DNA of 64,000 bases, from the NCBI RefSeq assembly GCF_964355755.1, contig NC_092677.1:7400101-7464100 (forward strand), read 5' to 3'. Under the pieces are notes generated by a model. The model saw nothing but the letters and a program-made list of their open reading frames with translations, was not told the origin of the DNA and ran no database searches. The DNA comes from Antedon mediterranea. Taxonomy: Eukaryota > Animalia > Echinodermata. The position numbers and the translations under genes are program-made. Each line of letters starts with the position of its first letter. Within the stretch, counting starts at the first letter, position 1. Of the stretch, positions 37,705 to 52,375 are shown piece after piece.

Positions 37705-39799
37705 TTTGACAAAAAAGTGTGATGTGCCCAAATGTGGTAGTGATATTCCCATATATGGTAGTGATATGACATCATCATGTCCATATATGTACACACCACA
37801 TTTTTTGTTATATAGTTTGATAGGAGTGTATACAAAGGCTTTACACAGAGTGGACAAATCGGTACGAGGAGCCATAAAAACTATTATTAAAAACCAGGGA
37901 GTTGTTATTTTACGACTCCCTGATTAAACATTATCGATTGCATCGTGTAACTGAGGAATACTGAAAAGTTTAAATTGGACCAGTTTATTTGTAGATTTTT
38001 TTTTTTTCTGGACGTCTGAGGTCAAAAGTAACTATTTCTGAACCTTCAAATGTTCTTTCTCAACTCAAAAAATCCAACTCAGATAGACTTCACAACCTGA
38101 ATCGATACCATAGGGCCACGCAGTTCGCTTGCAGACGATCGTTGACACAACCTTAGCTTTTACAACAAAGTTTCTTTAGTATTTCCAAGTTTATTTCAAT
38201 TCATGACCATGTATCTAAATACAAATACAGTACTTCAACATTACAAACATTTTAAAACAATTAAATAGTCTAAGTAAAAGTTGTTCACTATTGTGGCAAA
38301 ATAAATAACGAAAAAATTAACCCCCTTCTATTGAAATTAAGGTTAACGTTTAATGTTATTACTCGCTTCGTTCGAAAATATTATACACATTTATTTAATC
38401 TTAACCATTATGATACACTGGTTTATATTGTTTAGACTAATCATAACAAACCAAGCAAATATTGATTCAAAAGTCTTAACTTATGTTAAATGTGTTGCTT
38501 TATATTAATCGCCTCATGCAAATCAAACACACCAACGTGTTCGTATAATGAACTAACGAATTTTAAATAAACAACTATAACATATAAATATTGTGAAATG
38601 TATATTTCTTTATACTATACAATTAAAGTTATGTGACGTAAATATGAAACAGATGAGGGTGGTGGGTGGTTGATAAAACAAAAAGGGATTGTGGCAACCG
38701 ATTCTCGGCACTGTATCCTAGGAGGAATATTTTGGTAATACAACATCACATGTGCTTCAAGTGTATCTAGTAGCAACCGAACTCTTAACTTAACCTTACA
38801 TGATATTATAGGCACCACATGTGGTATAAATGAGATGCTGTATTACCAAAATATTCCTATGATACTTAGGAAATAGATACAGTGCCGAGATACAATAAAG
38901 GGAATCGGATGTGATTGTGTACACCATAAATTGTGCTCGACGCAATAACGTTTGCTTTCTTTCTGTGGGAACAAAGTTTTGTTCAAACGAATGTGCAGCA
39001 CACATGCGGCCAGGTTAATTCTCTAAACATCTAAATCTCTGCCTACACATCAAACTGGTTTGACATTCAGCAAAATTGAAATAAATCACTAACCAAATCT
39101 ATCAACAATAATATACCTAGAATCACCATTATTATTAATGGTAAAACAATGTATTGTATGCCTAAATAAATAAATTTGGAAAAGTATTTCTATTAAAAAC
39201 AAAACAATTACTTATATTAATAAATTAATCAAGTAGTTATCAGAACAACTTCTTATTATGTAAATAATAATTATTATTTTCACACATACACATCATTCTT
39301 CCTAGTTGGTTTCACCTATCTTTCATTCCTAGTAGGACATTTCACTAATATAAATGGGAAAGTTATCTTGCTTTAAATAAAATGTTAGTTATTATTACAT
39401 TAAGGCTAATTTGAGATTACTAGCAAGGTTAAGAGTCCAAAGGTTAAAAGTCACCCTCATCTACCAACAAACTTCGACCAGTCAATTGAAAGGATACATA
39501 TGAGAAAAATCTCGCCTGAGATAATAAAACTAGTGAATTCTAATTAGTATATCTGAACTAAAGCTAGTTTTAAGATTGCGAGCAACATAAGTTCAAAGGT
39601 TAAGGGTCACCCTAATTTTCAACCAACACTTAAGGCTGTCCCTTGAAGGGATTCAACAATAGTGTCAACAGATATAAAAAATAAACTAGAAAAGTCGTAT
39701 TAGTATAGGCCTATATCTAAATAAAGTGAATGAAATGAAAGTATAAGACCAACGTATGAAGGTTGAGGGTCACACAAAATCACCCACCCACACTAATTA

Positions 39800-39958
39800 G
39801 AGAGCTTTCGATTAGCGACCGACGGCATAATTACGTCATTGTGCGCATGTGGGGAAGCTAGGACGTGCTACCTCCCTCCCCAATTGGACACAGTTATAAC
39901 GGTTTCTAGACGACATATCAATTGGCATGACATAACTTGTTGCAAATCAAAAGCTCCC
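39800..39958. mobile_element. Degenerate MITE
   Basis: Imperfect TIR GAGAGCTTTCGATTAGCGAC / GTTGCAAATCAAAAGCTCCC, flanked by TA-containing sites. Confidence 0.45.
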
Positions 39959-41672
39959 TATCGTCGTCAGAATAAACGATTTAAAGTGATTGTGGTATTC
40001 ATTACCTAAGACACTGCATTTAGTATTTAGCAATTGGCAAGCACAATTAATCTATGTATTTTATATATAAAACAGTCTTTTTCTTTACAATATTTACAAA
40101 TTTAAAACGTAAACAACGTTTTCCTAAATTAAATATCTATCTTATATCTACACTTATTAAAAATTGTAAAATGAACGAAGCTATAAGAGAAATAGCTTAA
40201 AATTGCTAAAAATCTAAACCATGTAGGACATTTCATCAAATTTAAATGCTTTAAATGATACAATAGGAACAAACATCAATTAGAAAAAAGTTATTTTAAA
40301 TTTTAAAAGTTTTGTACTTAGTTTACTTTCAATCAGTAAATTTAAATTTAAAAATGACTAAAAAACAATTGAGTAACTTTAGCACCAAAAGAATGTTAGG
40401 AATGAGCTTTCTGTGTTATGATTACCTGAAAATGCAAATGAGGTCATTGTAAGGTAGTACATTATTTAACCTTTGACCAGGACAACATAGTGATTTTATG
40501 TTGCCAGGAAATGTATTAACATGCAGCTCAATTTGAAGAAAAGAAATGTGTACACAGAAATGCAAAAACTTGTAACTAATTACCACATTCTTATGTTGTC
40601 GTCCGGACCTCGAATCGACCAAAGAATAAAAAAAAGTCCAAAGTCCAGGTCGTTGCACAAATCAAAAATATTCCAAAAATCTTACAGCAGCAAAATATGA
40701 TCAATTATAATAATAAACCTACAAACAATTGTATTATATATTCAATATTTTTAGGAAAACTCGTCATCTTAATTAAACAGGCATTAACCAATTTATTTAC
40801 TATTGATTATAGAGAACCTATTTACAGTTAGAGTTACTCTCTTCTGAGTTAAAAGTTCAGATATTTACAAACATTCTAAACCACATCATCTATCTAATCT
40901 ATTTGAGGGAAATGTCCTCCATTAAAGGGTAAATTTTTTTAATGAAATAAATTCCTAACACAATGTGCTTATAGTCTATTATTTACAGACACCAGGATAC
41001 ATGTATTGTATCTCTAATAAAAAATGTACAAGATTTAATAATAATATTTCTATACAGGTATAATGTACACTAGTTCAAATATTTAACATGCAAAAACATA
41101 TGTCATTGATTACCATCATTCTTTAACTATTTACCATTAATTATGTACAAGTCAGCATCAAATGTTAAATCTATATATTCTACATCTTATGAATTATTAT
41201 TAATTAAAAATAATAATCATATATCATTCAAAAAATCATCTAATAAAAATTTCAGGGAAATTTATATATAGTTTTTAAAAAAAATTTTCAAGATATTTTA
41301 TTATGATTGGTTAGCAAAAATGTTCACATTTGTTCTAAATAGTATTATTAGGTCAGTTTTTGCTGTCATTATTCTATTATAGATTCTTGTTATATTAAAA
41401 GAATTACCTTAATTTTTGTTTATAGCATTAAATGTACAACATCCAAGATAATAGTCTTGAGCTGGTACAATCATATAAATTATAATAATACTTTTGTAGC
41501 AAAGTTAGCGTAGTGATAATGACTACACATCACAAATACAAACAAATTACTGTTGTTTTTTATCAGAATTTAATGATTTAATTATCGGGGAGTATGCATA
41601 AACATACATTTATATTACTCAAAAAATAAGTTATTGTTTAAAACCAAATCACAAAATATCAAATACTGTCTC

Positions 41673-44600
41673 TTAGTACCGATCATGACCATTACCCAGG
41701 TGAGGAATCCTGCTATCTGGTTGGTTGTTCTTTAACAGTTCTCCTTCACTCATACGACGATTAACACGACTCTTATCAAATTGCGGTATCTTATTGTCTT
41801 CCGGTCGTTCAGACTGACTGCGCTGATACTCGTGATCTTTATTGTTCATATCTTCCGGGGCTTTTACTTTAGTATCATCTTTTGTCGGTTCTTTATCTTT
41901 TTCTTCAGTGTCTTTTTTCAGTCGTTTATTTTTCTCTGTCATTTCTTCTTCGCTCTTTCTTTTCAATGCTGCTTCGTATCCAACTGGCCTGAATGCCTGT
42001 AATAAGTTGTTCAGTTTCTCATCTGTCGGCGGCCATTTCTCAAATGCAGCATCATTTTGAAGGAAGAACACCATAGTTGCCTGAGTTGAACGGATGTATA
42101 ATTCTCGACTAATAATAATTAGTAAAAATTCATAAATAAACTTTAATCAATTTTGTAATGAAAAGAGTTTAAAGTTATACAAATATATGAATAATAAAAT
42201 GGATATTTGTTTTACAAGCCTTTGTTCTTATCCAGGCCAACAGTAAACGGAAAACCATGTAAGCTACAATCTGTATCTATCCTAACGGAAATCGCCCATA
42301 TTCTCCGCATTTTTTTAAATGGTCATAACAACATAGATTCTATATTTTTATTCCTGTTAACACTTTTTGACTATATGGAACATGTAGTTAGTACAATAAA
42401 TTTAAAATATAAAACTTACTCATCAATGATATGCTGCATTCCATGGCGAAACTCATGGTCATACCCAGGAACTACAACATGTTTTCGTTTGAATCTGAAG
42501 AAAAAGCAGAACAAAATCATTTATAATTCAGACCGTTTATGAAATAAATGCATTGCTTTTTTTGGTTTGCATGTGGTTAAGTTACATGTATATGTAGGCA
42601 CCATTTGAATTGTGTGATGATAGGCACCGCTAAAATTCATATAATTATGTATGTTTGATGTTAAATAAACAAATAAACGAGCTGCTATTAAAGTAAACAG
42701 AACTTACTCGCTATTTTCCATCTTGTCAACCACAGAATTAGCATTCTTACGTTGGTCTGGCAGGAAGATAATAAATGACAAAGGCTCTCCAGTCTTCTCT
42801 AGTAACACCTGTAATAGAAAAGTGCTTCTTACTTATTCATTCAACACAATGTACAGCACTTATTACCTCCGCCAGAATGGCGAGAGGTTATGTGGTCGAT
42901 CGTGTGTGTTTCTATATTTGTAGAATTACTCAAAAAGATATTGCCTGGTGTTCATAAAATTTGAAAGAATGGTTTCATAGCTGTATGGGAACACATCATT
43001 ACATTTTCATATGCCTAGGCAAAGATATGCGCTCTCCGAGTGCCTATTCTAGTTTCCATTGTGGTCCTATATAATTGAAATATATAAAACCCACAACAAA
43101 TGGCAAGACTATTACTGTAAGGTATATAATTTATTATGGTCTTATAGTGTTGTGAGACATCAATATCAAACAGTGCATTATAAATGTTAAAATCATACAT
43201 TTTTATATAATATATATATATATATATAAAACGACAGGGAGGGGTGACATCATATCTTACAGTGCATTATAAATGTTAAAATCATACATTTTTATATAAT
43301 ATATATATATATATAAAACGACAGGGAGGGGTGATATCATATCTTACAGTGCATTATAAATGTTAAAATCATACATTTTTATATAATATATATATATATA
43401 TAAAACGACAGGGAGGGGTGACATCATATCTTACACAGGAACAAGCTGGACTGAACAAAATGGCAGAGGCTTGAAAAGGGCTACATCCGACAGGGGATGA
43501 TGGAGCCAAGTTAATATAGTGAATTTCTATAATTTAAAGTTCATATAATATTCTGCTTAACTTACCTCTACATGTTTGACCATAGCTTCTATGGCTACAT
43601 CACATGGCGGTGGGAAGGCCTGGAACGATCCACTTATGGGGCGGAAATCTTGAAAGGGGCTAATTAAATGAATATTTAATTAGAAATGCTCTTTTTCTAT
43701 ATATGTATGTACCTTAATATTATGCAAGTAAAGAGAATAAGAATAACAAGAACACATTTGCTACTACTAAATGTATAGTACTGTAGTAATAAAACAAACG
43801 TTGAGACATTCTGAATTTTTATTTATTTTTTAAAATTTTAATAGTGCTTTAATTAGTTTTGCAAATCTATCAAATGTACTTACCCCCTAGAACCAAAATA
43901 GCCATCTGTATCAAGGAAGAGGGAGCAATACTGTTTGAAGTAACAGTTCAAAGGTGATGCAAAACATTCAAAAGTCACACCAAACTGTTCTTGTAAAACT
44001 TGTAATACAGGAATGGGCAACGACCTCTGAAAGAATTCACCTTCCATACGATTTAATCCAAAGAACGTCTAAAAACAAAGGGGAAAAAAAGATTGCATAG
44101 TAATAATTATTGAAGCAATATAACCTTCATATGGGGTATATCCTCTAAATAGGGGTTAGCTGTATATTGACCCTGTTCATTTCCCCTAGTAAGGGGGTAC
44201 CTTGTAGTAAAATTAATTAAGATAATTTCGCTTAAATGCTAGAATAAAATTGATTTCTGGCAGAAAAATATATCTACGAAATAAATGTTAAGTAATGATC
44301 TCACAACATACAGAATATGTTTCATACCTGATATCGCCTCAATAAGCACCATGTCCTCTGTGGGAAGTTGAGTAACTGTTTGTCATCATGGCAGTTTAAC
44401 CGGTATAGGTGGTCCTGAAAATTTAAAAAACAAAACATCAAAATTAGGAGTCTAGGAAATATCATGATTTCAGTTACTAGTTTCTCACATATTAAAACAC
44501 TTTGGTATATAAAACTACATATTCTAATGAATTCTTCATACTACACAATGCAATGTTGAGTCTTCTACGTATGTGACTAAGTATAGTTTTAGGTGGCTTT

Positions 44601-47600
44601 GATTTACCAAAGTCTCATGTCTAAAGCCTAAATTAGAACGCAAGATTATACTTGGTCAGAACAAACAAAATGTAGAGCTATTGAGTCTAACCGTCATTAG
44701 TACAATGTACATATGTTCTGTGCAACTTTATAGACACATAGCCAATTGGCACTTTGTAAATCAATTCAATATCGGTAGTGTACGACGATAGTATGGATGA
44801 TAAACTTACAAGTTTTTGTATGTAGCTTGTATTAATTTCCATCATCTCTCCTTTATACCGTAACCGTGTAATCTTAGGATCTCTGTTGAACTCCACAGTA
44901 GGCAGCCTAGGACTAGGTATCACCAACTGAGCAGGGTAGCAGTTTACCTTACGTACTGCAGGCGGCCTCAGAGATGGGGGTTCTATATAAAGTAAAATAT
45001 CATACATGACTATATTTCTAAAGGCAAATTACTGAAAAAATGACAATGCTGTGGGTATCAGTGGCTGGATCTCAATGGAGACATGATAAAATAAGTAAAA
45101 AGTGGTGCTGAAGCTTGGTGGTCAACGTGATTGCCTTCCAATCTAAAAGGTTCAATCCTGACCTAGTGCCACGGTTGTAACTCACAACCCTTTATAAGCC
45201 TTAAATGAGACTTAGTTTATAAGCATAATACATTTTAAAATAGTTTATCCTGTAATTGGTGAGTTACTCGCTGTGGGATGCGTATGGAAAAAAAGAAGTT
45301 ATATTTCCACAAGGCAACAGCCTCACTGGGAGAGACATTATACTAATTTGCTTGATATAATACCTCCGATGTGGTGTTCTTTTAATATCTCCCACTGTTG
45401 TTCATGTATTTTCTTGACAGCTTCTTTTGCTCGTGTGTAAAGCTTTGTACAAATTCCTTCCACTGATGGTTTGGCTGCAGCAAGAACATGCGCTCCACAC
45501 TGCTTCTTTAAATGTTCTAGTCGTTCCTAAAAAAATATACTTTACATTTAAATAATGTTTAATTCTATCTACATGTATTATTAAGGAAACTACAATATAC
45601 AAATAATGAATGTCAATGAGTTGGATGATCAAAAATATTTTATCAGATTAGCCAGCATAAGATTTTTGTTTGTACGCAAGAACGTTTTTTTCGTACAAAA
45701 AAAAGCCAGAAAAAGACTATTGCAGTTTAATAGTATATCTCTATATTCAATATCATGTGACCCACAATCAGGCAATCAAATGACAAGAATCTATTCATGT
45801 GTGTTATAAAGTTAATTAATACTAATGTGCGACTTCCCTTTGTTTTTAAATTAGTCTAGAATTTAGATCAAGTCGATTTTGGTAGATATTAATAACACTA
45901 ATGTATGGCTTGCATGATTGATCACATCACACAAAACTCTACAAGATAACATGTTTCATCACAATGTCAGAGCAGCAGGCCTACATTAAGTAGCTTACCT
46001 TGTACGAGTCTAGACTACAATACGGCTGCGTTCTGATCCATTTCAGAGCATCTTCACACTGCCATTTCACTACCTTCCTACTCTCTGGTGGTACATTTCT
46101 ACACATAAAACAGAGTTTATACTGTACTTATAGAAGCAATTGCAATATTGTTGTTTGACTGTCTATGCTTAAAATTAATTAAATACAGAGCAGGGGGTGC
46201 CTAGAAAACTCAGAACTCTGACTTTTCTAGATCTAGAAAACTCAGATATCAAGATCTGAGTTTTCTAGTTCCAAAATGGAACTAGAAAAACCCAGATCAT
46301 CAAATGGATCGTTCCATTATTAATAGAGGGTAGCTTGTTTGAATACTACAATATTATACGTTTTCTTATTGTAGCTTGTAGTAGCAGCCTATGCTATAGT
46401 GTTAAAAACACATATTTCACTAGAAATTGTCTACTACATAGGGGTGTCCCAAAGGAGGGATTCTATTGATGAATAGAATTGATAAATGATTTTAGAATTT
46501 ACCTCGACTCCACCATCTTCTTAGCTGCTTCTGCATAGCGAACTAACTGCTGCCTGGCATCTACTAAATAGCGAACTCGAACCAACCTAGACAAAAATTA
46601 TTTGTTTTCTTTTAAAGAACTTGCTTAGATTTTTATTGATTGCATCAGTAACATTTAATATCATGAAATGACAATTAAATCATAATATAAACCTCACCTG
46701 ATTGGTATTTCATTAATTATTTCGTCAAATAATATTGGGGATACAGGTGGGTCACAGTCAGAGGGCAGCATAGGGTCATGACCTTTGTCCTTGAATATCC
46801 TTTCCAACAACCAAAAATTAAAAGATTCTGCTGGAGCATCCACTCCTAAAATATAAATTAGTTTGTTTTTAATCAATTATATTTTTTTTTTAAATATATG
46901 AATACTTATGATGGCTAAATTGTGGTTTTAATCAAGGGAAAATACTTAATTTTAAAAAATACAAGGAGACAGATTGAGAATGGACTGTTCATTGAAGGGT
47001 TGCATTATTATGTAAATGAATTACAGTCCAACACAAAGAACTTTCTTACTGGTGATGTCATCAGAACATCAAAGAACAATAGGTATGGTTGATGTTAGTA
47101 CTCAATTAATAACAGAACAAAGTGAACTGCATAATGAGCAGAATGTGCACACAAAAGACTATTGCCTTTTAATTTGTAGAGTTTGGGTGAGGTCAATTGA
47201 GACTCCACCCTCTTCCATTAACTACACAAAGGACAAAAGGCAACACAATAACGGTGATTCATGAATTCAGACACCACCTACGTTAATAATGTAAAGAAAA
47301 TGACATTTGACTGAAAAGTTCTTTATCTTGGATATAGAAACAAGAAAAGCTAGGTATATTGACAAATGCTAAGTTGGTGTAGTACTTTCTTGGGTTAATC
47401 ATGACTTTAAAAAAATGAAGCTAAGTAAATTTATCCTAGACAACCATACATTTTTTCCCTTTAATATCCAATTAATTATTTTTCCTAATGGAATTAATTT
47501 TATTTTGAAACCTCAGCTACACTGACAAAATTTGAATTTTCTACATTGTCATTTTGTAGATTAAATTAATACAATTTTTTGATATGAATTTTCATGCTTT

Positions 47601-49393
47601 TGTTGGGTTAATTTGTATATAATATTTTTCTTGAAATCATTGTGCGAATATAACCTCTTAGCATTATGACTGCAGTTACATACATGCTATAAAAATACCT
47701 CTTGTTCTATACTGTATGGTGATAATTATCGCATAAAATAGTAATCAAAGTTTAACCATACCTTCCCTGGACTTGCATAATTCCTCATAATGCTGCCTTA
47801 GTTTGTCTGTTAATTTAGCACGGAGTAATTCAACATCGTTGAGTGGAGGTACCATCAGGGATGGAAGCCTTTCATATATGACGGCATTCGTCGAAACAGT
47901 AAAATCCCAAGAATGACTATTTTAGTATAATAAAAGAAGAGAAAACATGATTTAGTCAAAACAAAAGATGTTGGCCTACAGAAGTTTCAGGATTTATCAA
48001 TGTTGTAAACCAGGTCTGGCATTTACTGTATAATATTTTTTCCTATTATTAAGTTAATATTGTGTGTACTTCTTGGTGAAAAACTTCTTTCATTCTCATG
48101 GACTGGACATCTAAGATTACAAAAAAATATGTTAACATATTTGCTTAGGCAATTTTGAAAATAGACTTAAGCAAAATCATTGACTTATAGCAAATTTATT
48201 TTGCTTAGCATGTGTGATTAAATCTTTGTTCAATACTGTACTACTGTACATTCTACATACAGTTATGATGTTTCTCAAGTTATCAATCAATTTTACTTAC
48301 AGTAAATTGGTTAAAGACAATCATAATTCTAACAAAAATATCATCATAGAAATAATGTTTTTAATTGTTGACTACAAATCTTACAAATAATAATTACAAA
48401 TCTTAATGACACATTTATACATTCTTTATGGTAATTTATACTTTATCTCCACAACATCTGAAAGAAAAACACAGACATGCACAGAAAAGAAATGGGTATG
48501 TATGCGTACCCTCTGAAGTTCATAGCTGACATGGCAGTCGGGCTGAGTGGGTGTTCGTCCATGGACGTTGTCCGCCTCATTGCAGCCTGACCAGTGGCAG
48601 GACCACTCCCTGGGTTATCTGTCTGTATCCCCAAAGGATCATGCTGAAGTGAAATCAACATAATTTTGAGATCAGAAGGCTCTACAGATATCACTATCAG
48701 GCATAAAAAGAAACTTTACAAAGTGCATTTGTAGTAACTACTGTTCATATTGTAATAATTTTAATCTCTTCTGATACAAGTCTGTATAATAACCCTTCAA
48801 AATCAACAATACCAAAGCTGTCAGTGGCCACAATATAAATTATTAATTTCAACTATCATATCAAACTGTAACTATATCATTGTGAATAAATATTATATAG
48901 TACAAGTAAGTATATTTAGTAAAATTACTGTAAAATTAATGTTTCACCATAAAGACTTTCACATAATGTAAAATTTACATATAGTTAAGTTTAGTAAGGC
49001 CTATTCTATTTTGTTTGTGATTGATTTCTCTGTACTTACGAAGCTGGGCGGTGATGATCCCAATACAGGCATCTCCCACGTATTCTTCCCCGTAAATTTA
49101 TTATAAAAGTATTCTCTTCCTTCACGTCGACTCCAAAACCTTCTCCAGCCCGCCTCTAGAAGTTCCATGGGTAGGTTATGAACCCGATCTGGACTCTGCG
49201 GTGTCTGAGGCTGTGGTGATGGCATTGGATGATTCACTAACAAATGATGAGTGTTGCTGCCTCCGTTTGGATTTACTGGAGTACGTGGCAGAAATGAAGG
49301 AGGAGGAGCTTTGCCATGTTCCGGTCGGACAGGTGTTCCAGGTAGAACTGGGTTAGGAGCTTTTGCAATGTGGTGCAATGCTTGCTTTTCCAT
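41673..49393 (-). CDS. PCIF1: PCIF1/CAPAM cap-specific adenosine N6-methyltransferase homolog (WW + helical + MTase fold), catalytic motif altered
   Basis: WW exon 49040-49393 (AGWRRFWSRREGREYFYNKFTGKNTWEMP). Further exons encode [59 protein letters not shown] (43884-44068), PFQDFRPISGSFQAFPPPC (43566-43659), EPLSFIIFLP, HEFRHGMQH and FLQNDAAFEKWPPT (41673-42108). Confidence 0.95.
43170..43435. repeat. Tandem repeat, 3 x ~87-89 bp with internal (TA)n
   Basis: ACAGTGCATTATAAATGTTAAAATCATACATTTTTATATAA(TA)nAAACGACAGGGAGGGGTGAYATCATATCTT occurs three times within a PCIF1 intron. Confidence 0.9.
46200..46300. repeat. Cluster of nested short direct and inverted repeats (probable MITE relic)
   Basis: CTAGAAAACTCAGA and its reverse complement TCTGAGTTTTCTAG alternate several times. 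Confidence 0.55.
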
Positions 49394-50089
49394 GGTATGT
49401 GATTCAGTTTTGCTGTACTATGAGAAAGGTACAATTCATAATTCCATTCAGCTTGCAGTTGATGCTGAAAGTGAAAAATTGTATTAAGAAATGGGTTAGG
49501 CCTTAAGAATTAATCTGATCACAGAACCATTTTTAGTCTCACGAATCAAAAAAGTTAACAATGGTATCTGCAGCCTAGACTTTCCAGTGTATAAAATATG
49601 AATAGCCTGCAAAGAATTAAATCCAGAAGGAACTTCTGAATCTGAGATCATCTGCCCCTTGACAACCAACGTACAAAACAACAACAATCGAACGAAAATA
49701 TTTAAAAATCGGACCAGTAAAATATATATTTTTAATTAATATTATATGATAAAGATTAAACATATATCTGTGCATCATGTATGTATTCAATTAAAGTTTT
49801 TTAAAGTACATCAATGAGAAAATAACATTCAAGTTCTAGGTTAACTTTTAGGTGTTCTTCAAACTTTAAAATAGTCCGCCCAACGCACAGAACGCCTATT
49901 CGTCGCGTTGGAAAAATACAAAAACATGTAAACAATTGGGGCCTAAAGGTTAGAGATCGATAACTTAACAACTAATGTAATTCAGAAAATTTGCAATACC
50001 AAGCAACAAAACGTATACATTAAAGATTATAATTAGATTACTTTATACCTTTTAGGCGATAGTGTTAGTACATTTCAGTGAAGAAATTA

Positions 50090-50190
50090 CCTGGAAACTT
50101 TCAGTACACTCTCCCTAAAATGGACGCCATCTCGCCTATTTCCATTTGCATGATGGGAAATAATTAACTGATAGGCGCCCTCTATATATT
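50090..50190 (-). promoter_or_regulatory. Putative PCIF1 promoter and first non-coding exon
   Basis: On minus: ZNF143/Staf-like TTTCCCATCATGCAAATGG (50142-50160), YY1-like AGATGGCG, and a CAG|GTAATT donor at ~50090. Confidence 0.5.
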
Positions 50191-52297
50191 TAAAAGTTTG
50201 ATAAAGTGCTCTCTAACTAGCTACTAGTACTGCGTACGTGTACGCATAGATGGAGAACTAGAAATAAGTAACTTATTTCTCCATGGTGTACGTAACCGTA
50301 CTTTATAAAACAAAGTCGATATAATAATAATAATTATACGGTGCTAACAAATATAAGGTCTTTTGTTATTTAAGGTGTACATTGGTTATTTTTATTTATG
50401 TCAATGATATCAAGATTTGTATTATGTAGGCCCTATACTATTATAAATATTTAAATTGGATTTTATATTAATTTATAATATAATATTTTTTGTTTCAATC
50501 AAATTTAAATGGTTATAATACATAATACAAATCTTATTAATATATGGTATTATAAAAAAATGATTAATCCCCTACCGTTAAAGAAGTCCATAGGCCTCTA
50601 CTAGAAATTATCAAGCCTATTGGGCTTCTTTTCAAAATAGACTATGCATAATATGTCAAGAAAATAGACAACACATAACTTATAAAGAGTTAGTTGCTCG
50701 GGAGATTGCAGACCTATCCCAACTCTCCCGATAATATCCTGACATTTGGAGATGCAATTGCAATTGCAAATGCAATTTCTTCCGATATTTTGGATAAACC
50801 AAAACAAAAATCTCCCGATATGTATACATTTATAATTTCTACTACTCTAGATAAAAGAATATAAACATATACTAATATAGATCAGTATAATGTTTATAAT
50901 CCATTCATGCGTTGTTAATAAGTGAAATAATGAGTTTCCAGCGGATTTCGCCTTCGGCAGGCAATACCGCAATATTTCTCGGTTTCCCGCACGCGATTTT
51001 TTTCCCGTACGATAGTTCCTCCATCGGTTCGTTTCGGCCTCAATCATTGACAAACATAAAACAAAAAAGAACACAACAAAATAGTAAGTAAACAATCTTA
51101 ATTACATATGAACGAGAGCAAAAAAAAAAAAAAAATACACTACAGCTCACCGATGAGTGTGCTCTAGTAACTGTCGTTTGGATTCTCTCAGCAGCTTTAC
51201 TAGCTGGGGTTCGAATCTCTACGGATTTCTTTTTTTTTAAATATTAAATATAAAATGTTTTTCTTTTATTTTTGAAAGAGAGATATTTAGAGAGTCAAGT
51301 TAATTTAGGATAATATAATCTAAACGATTAACAACATCAACATTCAAAAAGGTGGCGTGTTGACTAACAATTTAATGTCAGAAATTCTCTTTGTTACGTG
51401 TTTAGAAAAGTATGCAAATGAGTTAAATTGCAAGTGTAGTGTTGTTTTTCTTTTATTTTGAGAGATATCGAGGGTTAATTGTAAATGGACAAACAATGTT
51501 TTAAAAAATCAGAAACAAAGTTGTATGGCATTCATTTTTCCATTAAATAGACTGCCATAAAACCTCGTAAAGAAGCCCATGTGCTCCTTCATTTTTAGTA
51601 ATCTTGGGTGGGCTTCTTTTTCACATGGAGTTCTTTTCGAGACTACTTTTGCAAACTAAAAGAGAGGAGCTGCTAGGTTACCGTCTGCCCTCTATGGTTT
51701 TATGTAATAGTATAGCGCCCTCTATAGTTAAAAAAAAACCTCTAAATATTTCATTTTTTCAAGTTTCCATTAATTTTTGTTTTACTTAGTTGTGGTTAGC
51801 CACCACTTTTATTTATCTTTATATAATATAAATTTAATGAATTCATTTAACGAAAATCAAGATGGGAAAAAATTGTAACATCATCATTGTAATTAATTGG
51901 GCACTACAAGCACGCAGTTATTTTTATTCTAATGGTTTAACCAATAGGGTTTTTCGAGTTAATATAGGCCTACTGGCTACAACTTGTTAATAGTTAAAGC
52001 AGGGAGTTGTTATTAACAACAACTCCCTGGTTAAAGTTTATTTTTGAAAAAAACGCTTTGTGATACTGAAAAAAAGCATTCAAAAATTTATTTTACATCC
52101 TTCTAAAGTTCTTCCCTCATAAAAAACAGAAATATGTTTCACTTTATTGACCAATAGCTGAGGCGGATCCAGAGAGGGGGGTGGGGGGGAGTTCGGTCCA
52201 CGGGGTCCGGACCCCCCCCCCCCCCCTACATTTTAAGGGTGCCCTTTTTTTAGAGGTCCAGGAATTTGTATGATTTATTTCTTTTTTATTTTTAAAT

Positions 52298-52339
52298 GCG
52301 CCTTGAGCACTCTGGAGTGGTATGTGCGCTATAAAAATC

Positions 52340-52372
<33 letters not shown>

Positions 52373-52375
52373 TTT
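52298..52375 (+). mobile_element. L2-clade LINE/SINE 3' tail
   Basis: GCGCCTTGAGCAC...GTGCGCTATAAAAATC followed by (TAT)n. Confidence 0.5.

Noticed and set aside
51140-51240. tRNA gene (GGTTCGAATC B-box followed by a T-run)
   Set aside because: No cloverleaf could be folded; at most a degenerate tRNA-derived repeat. The same applies to ~45100-45170.
50173-51727. CTCF sites (GCGCCCTCTA at ~50175 and ~51715)
   Set aside because: Only part of the core matches and the expected GTGG/CTGG end is missing; not supportable without a PWM scan.
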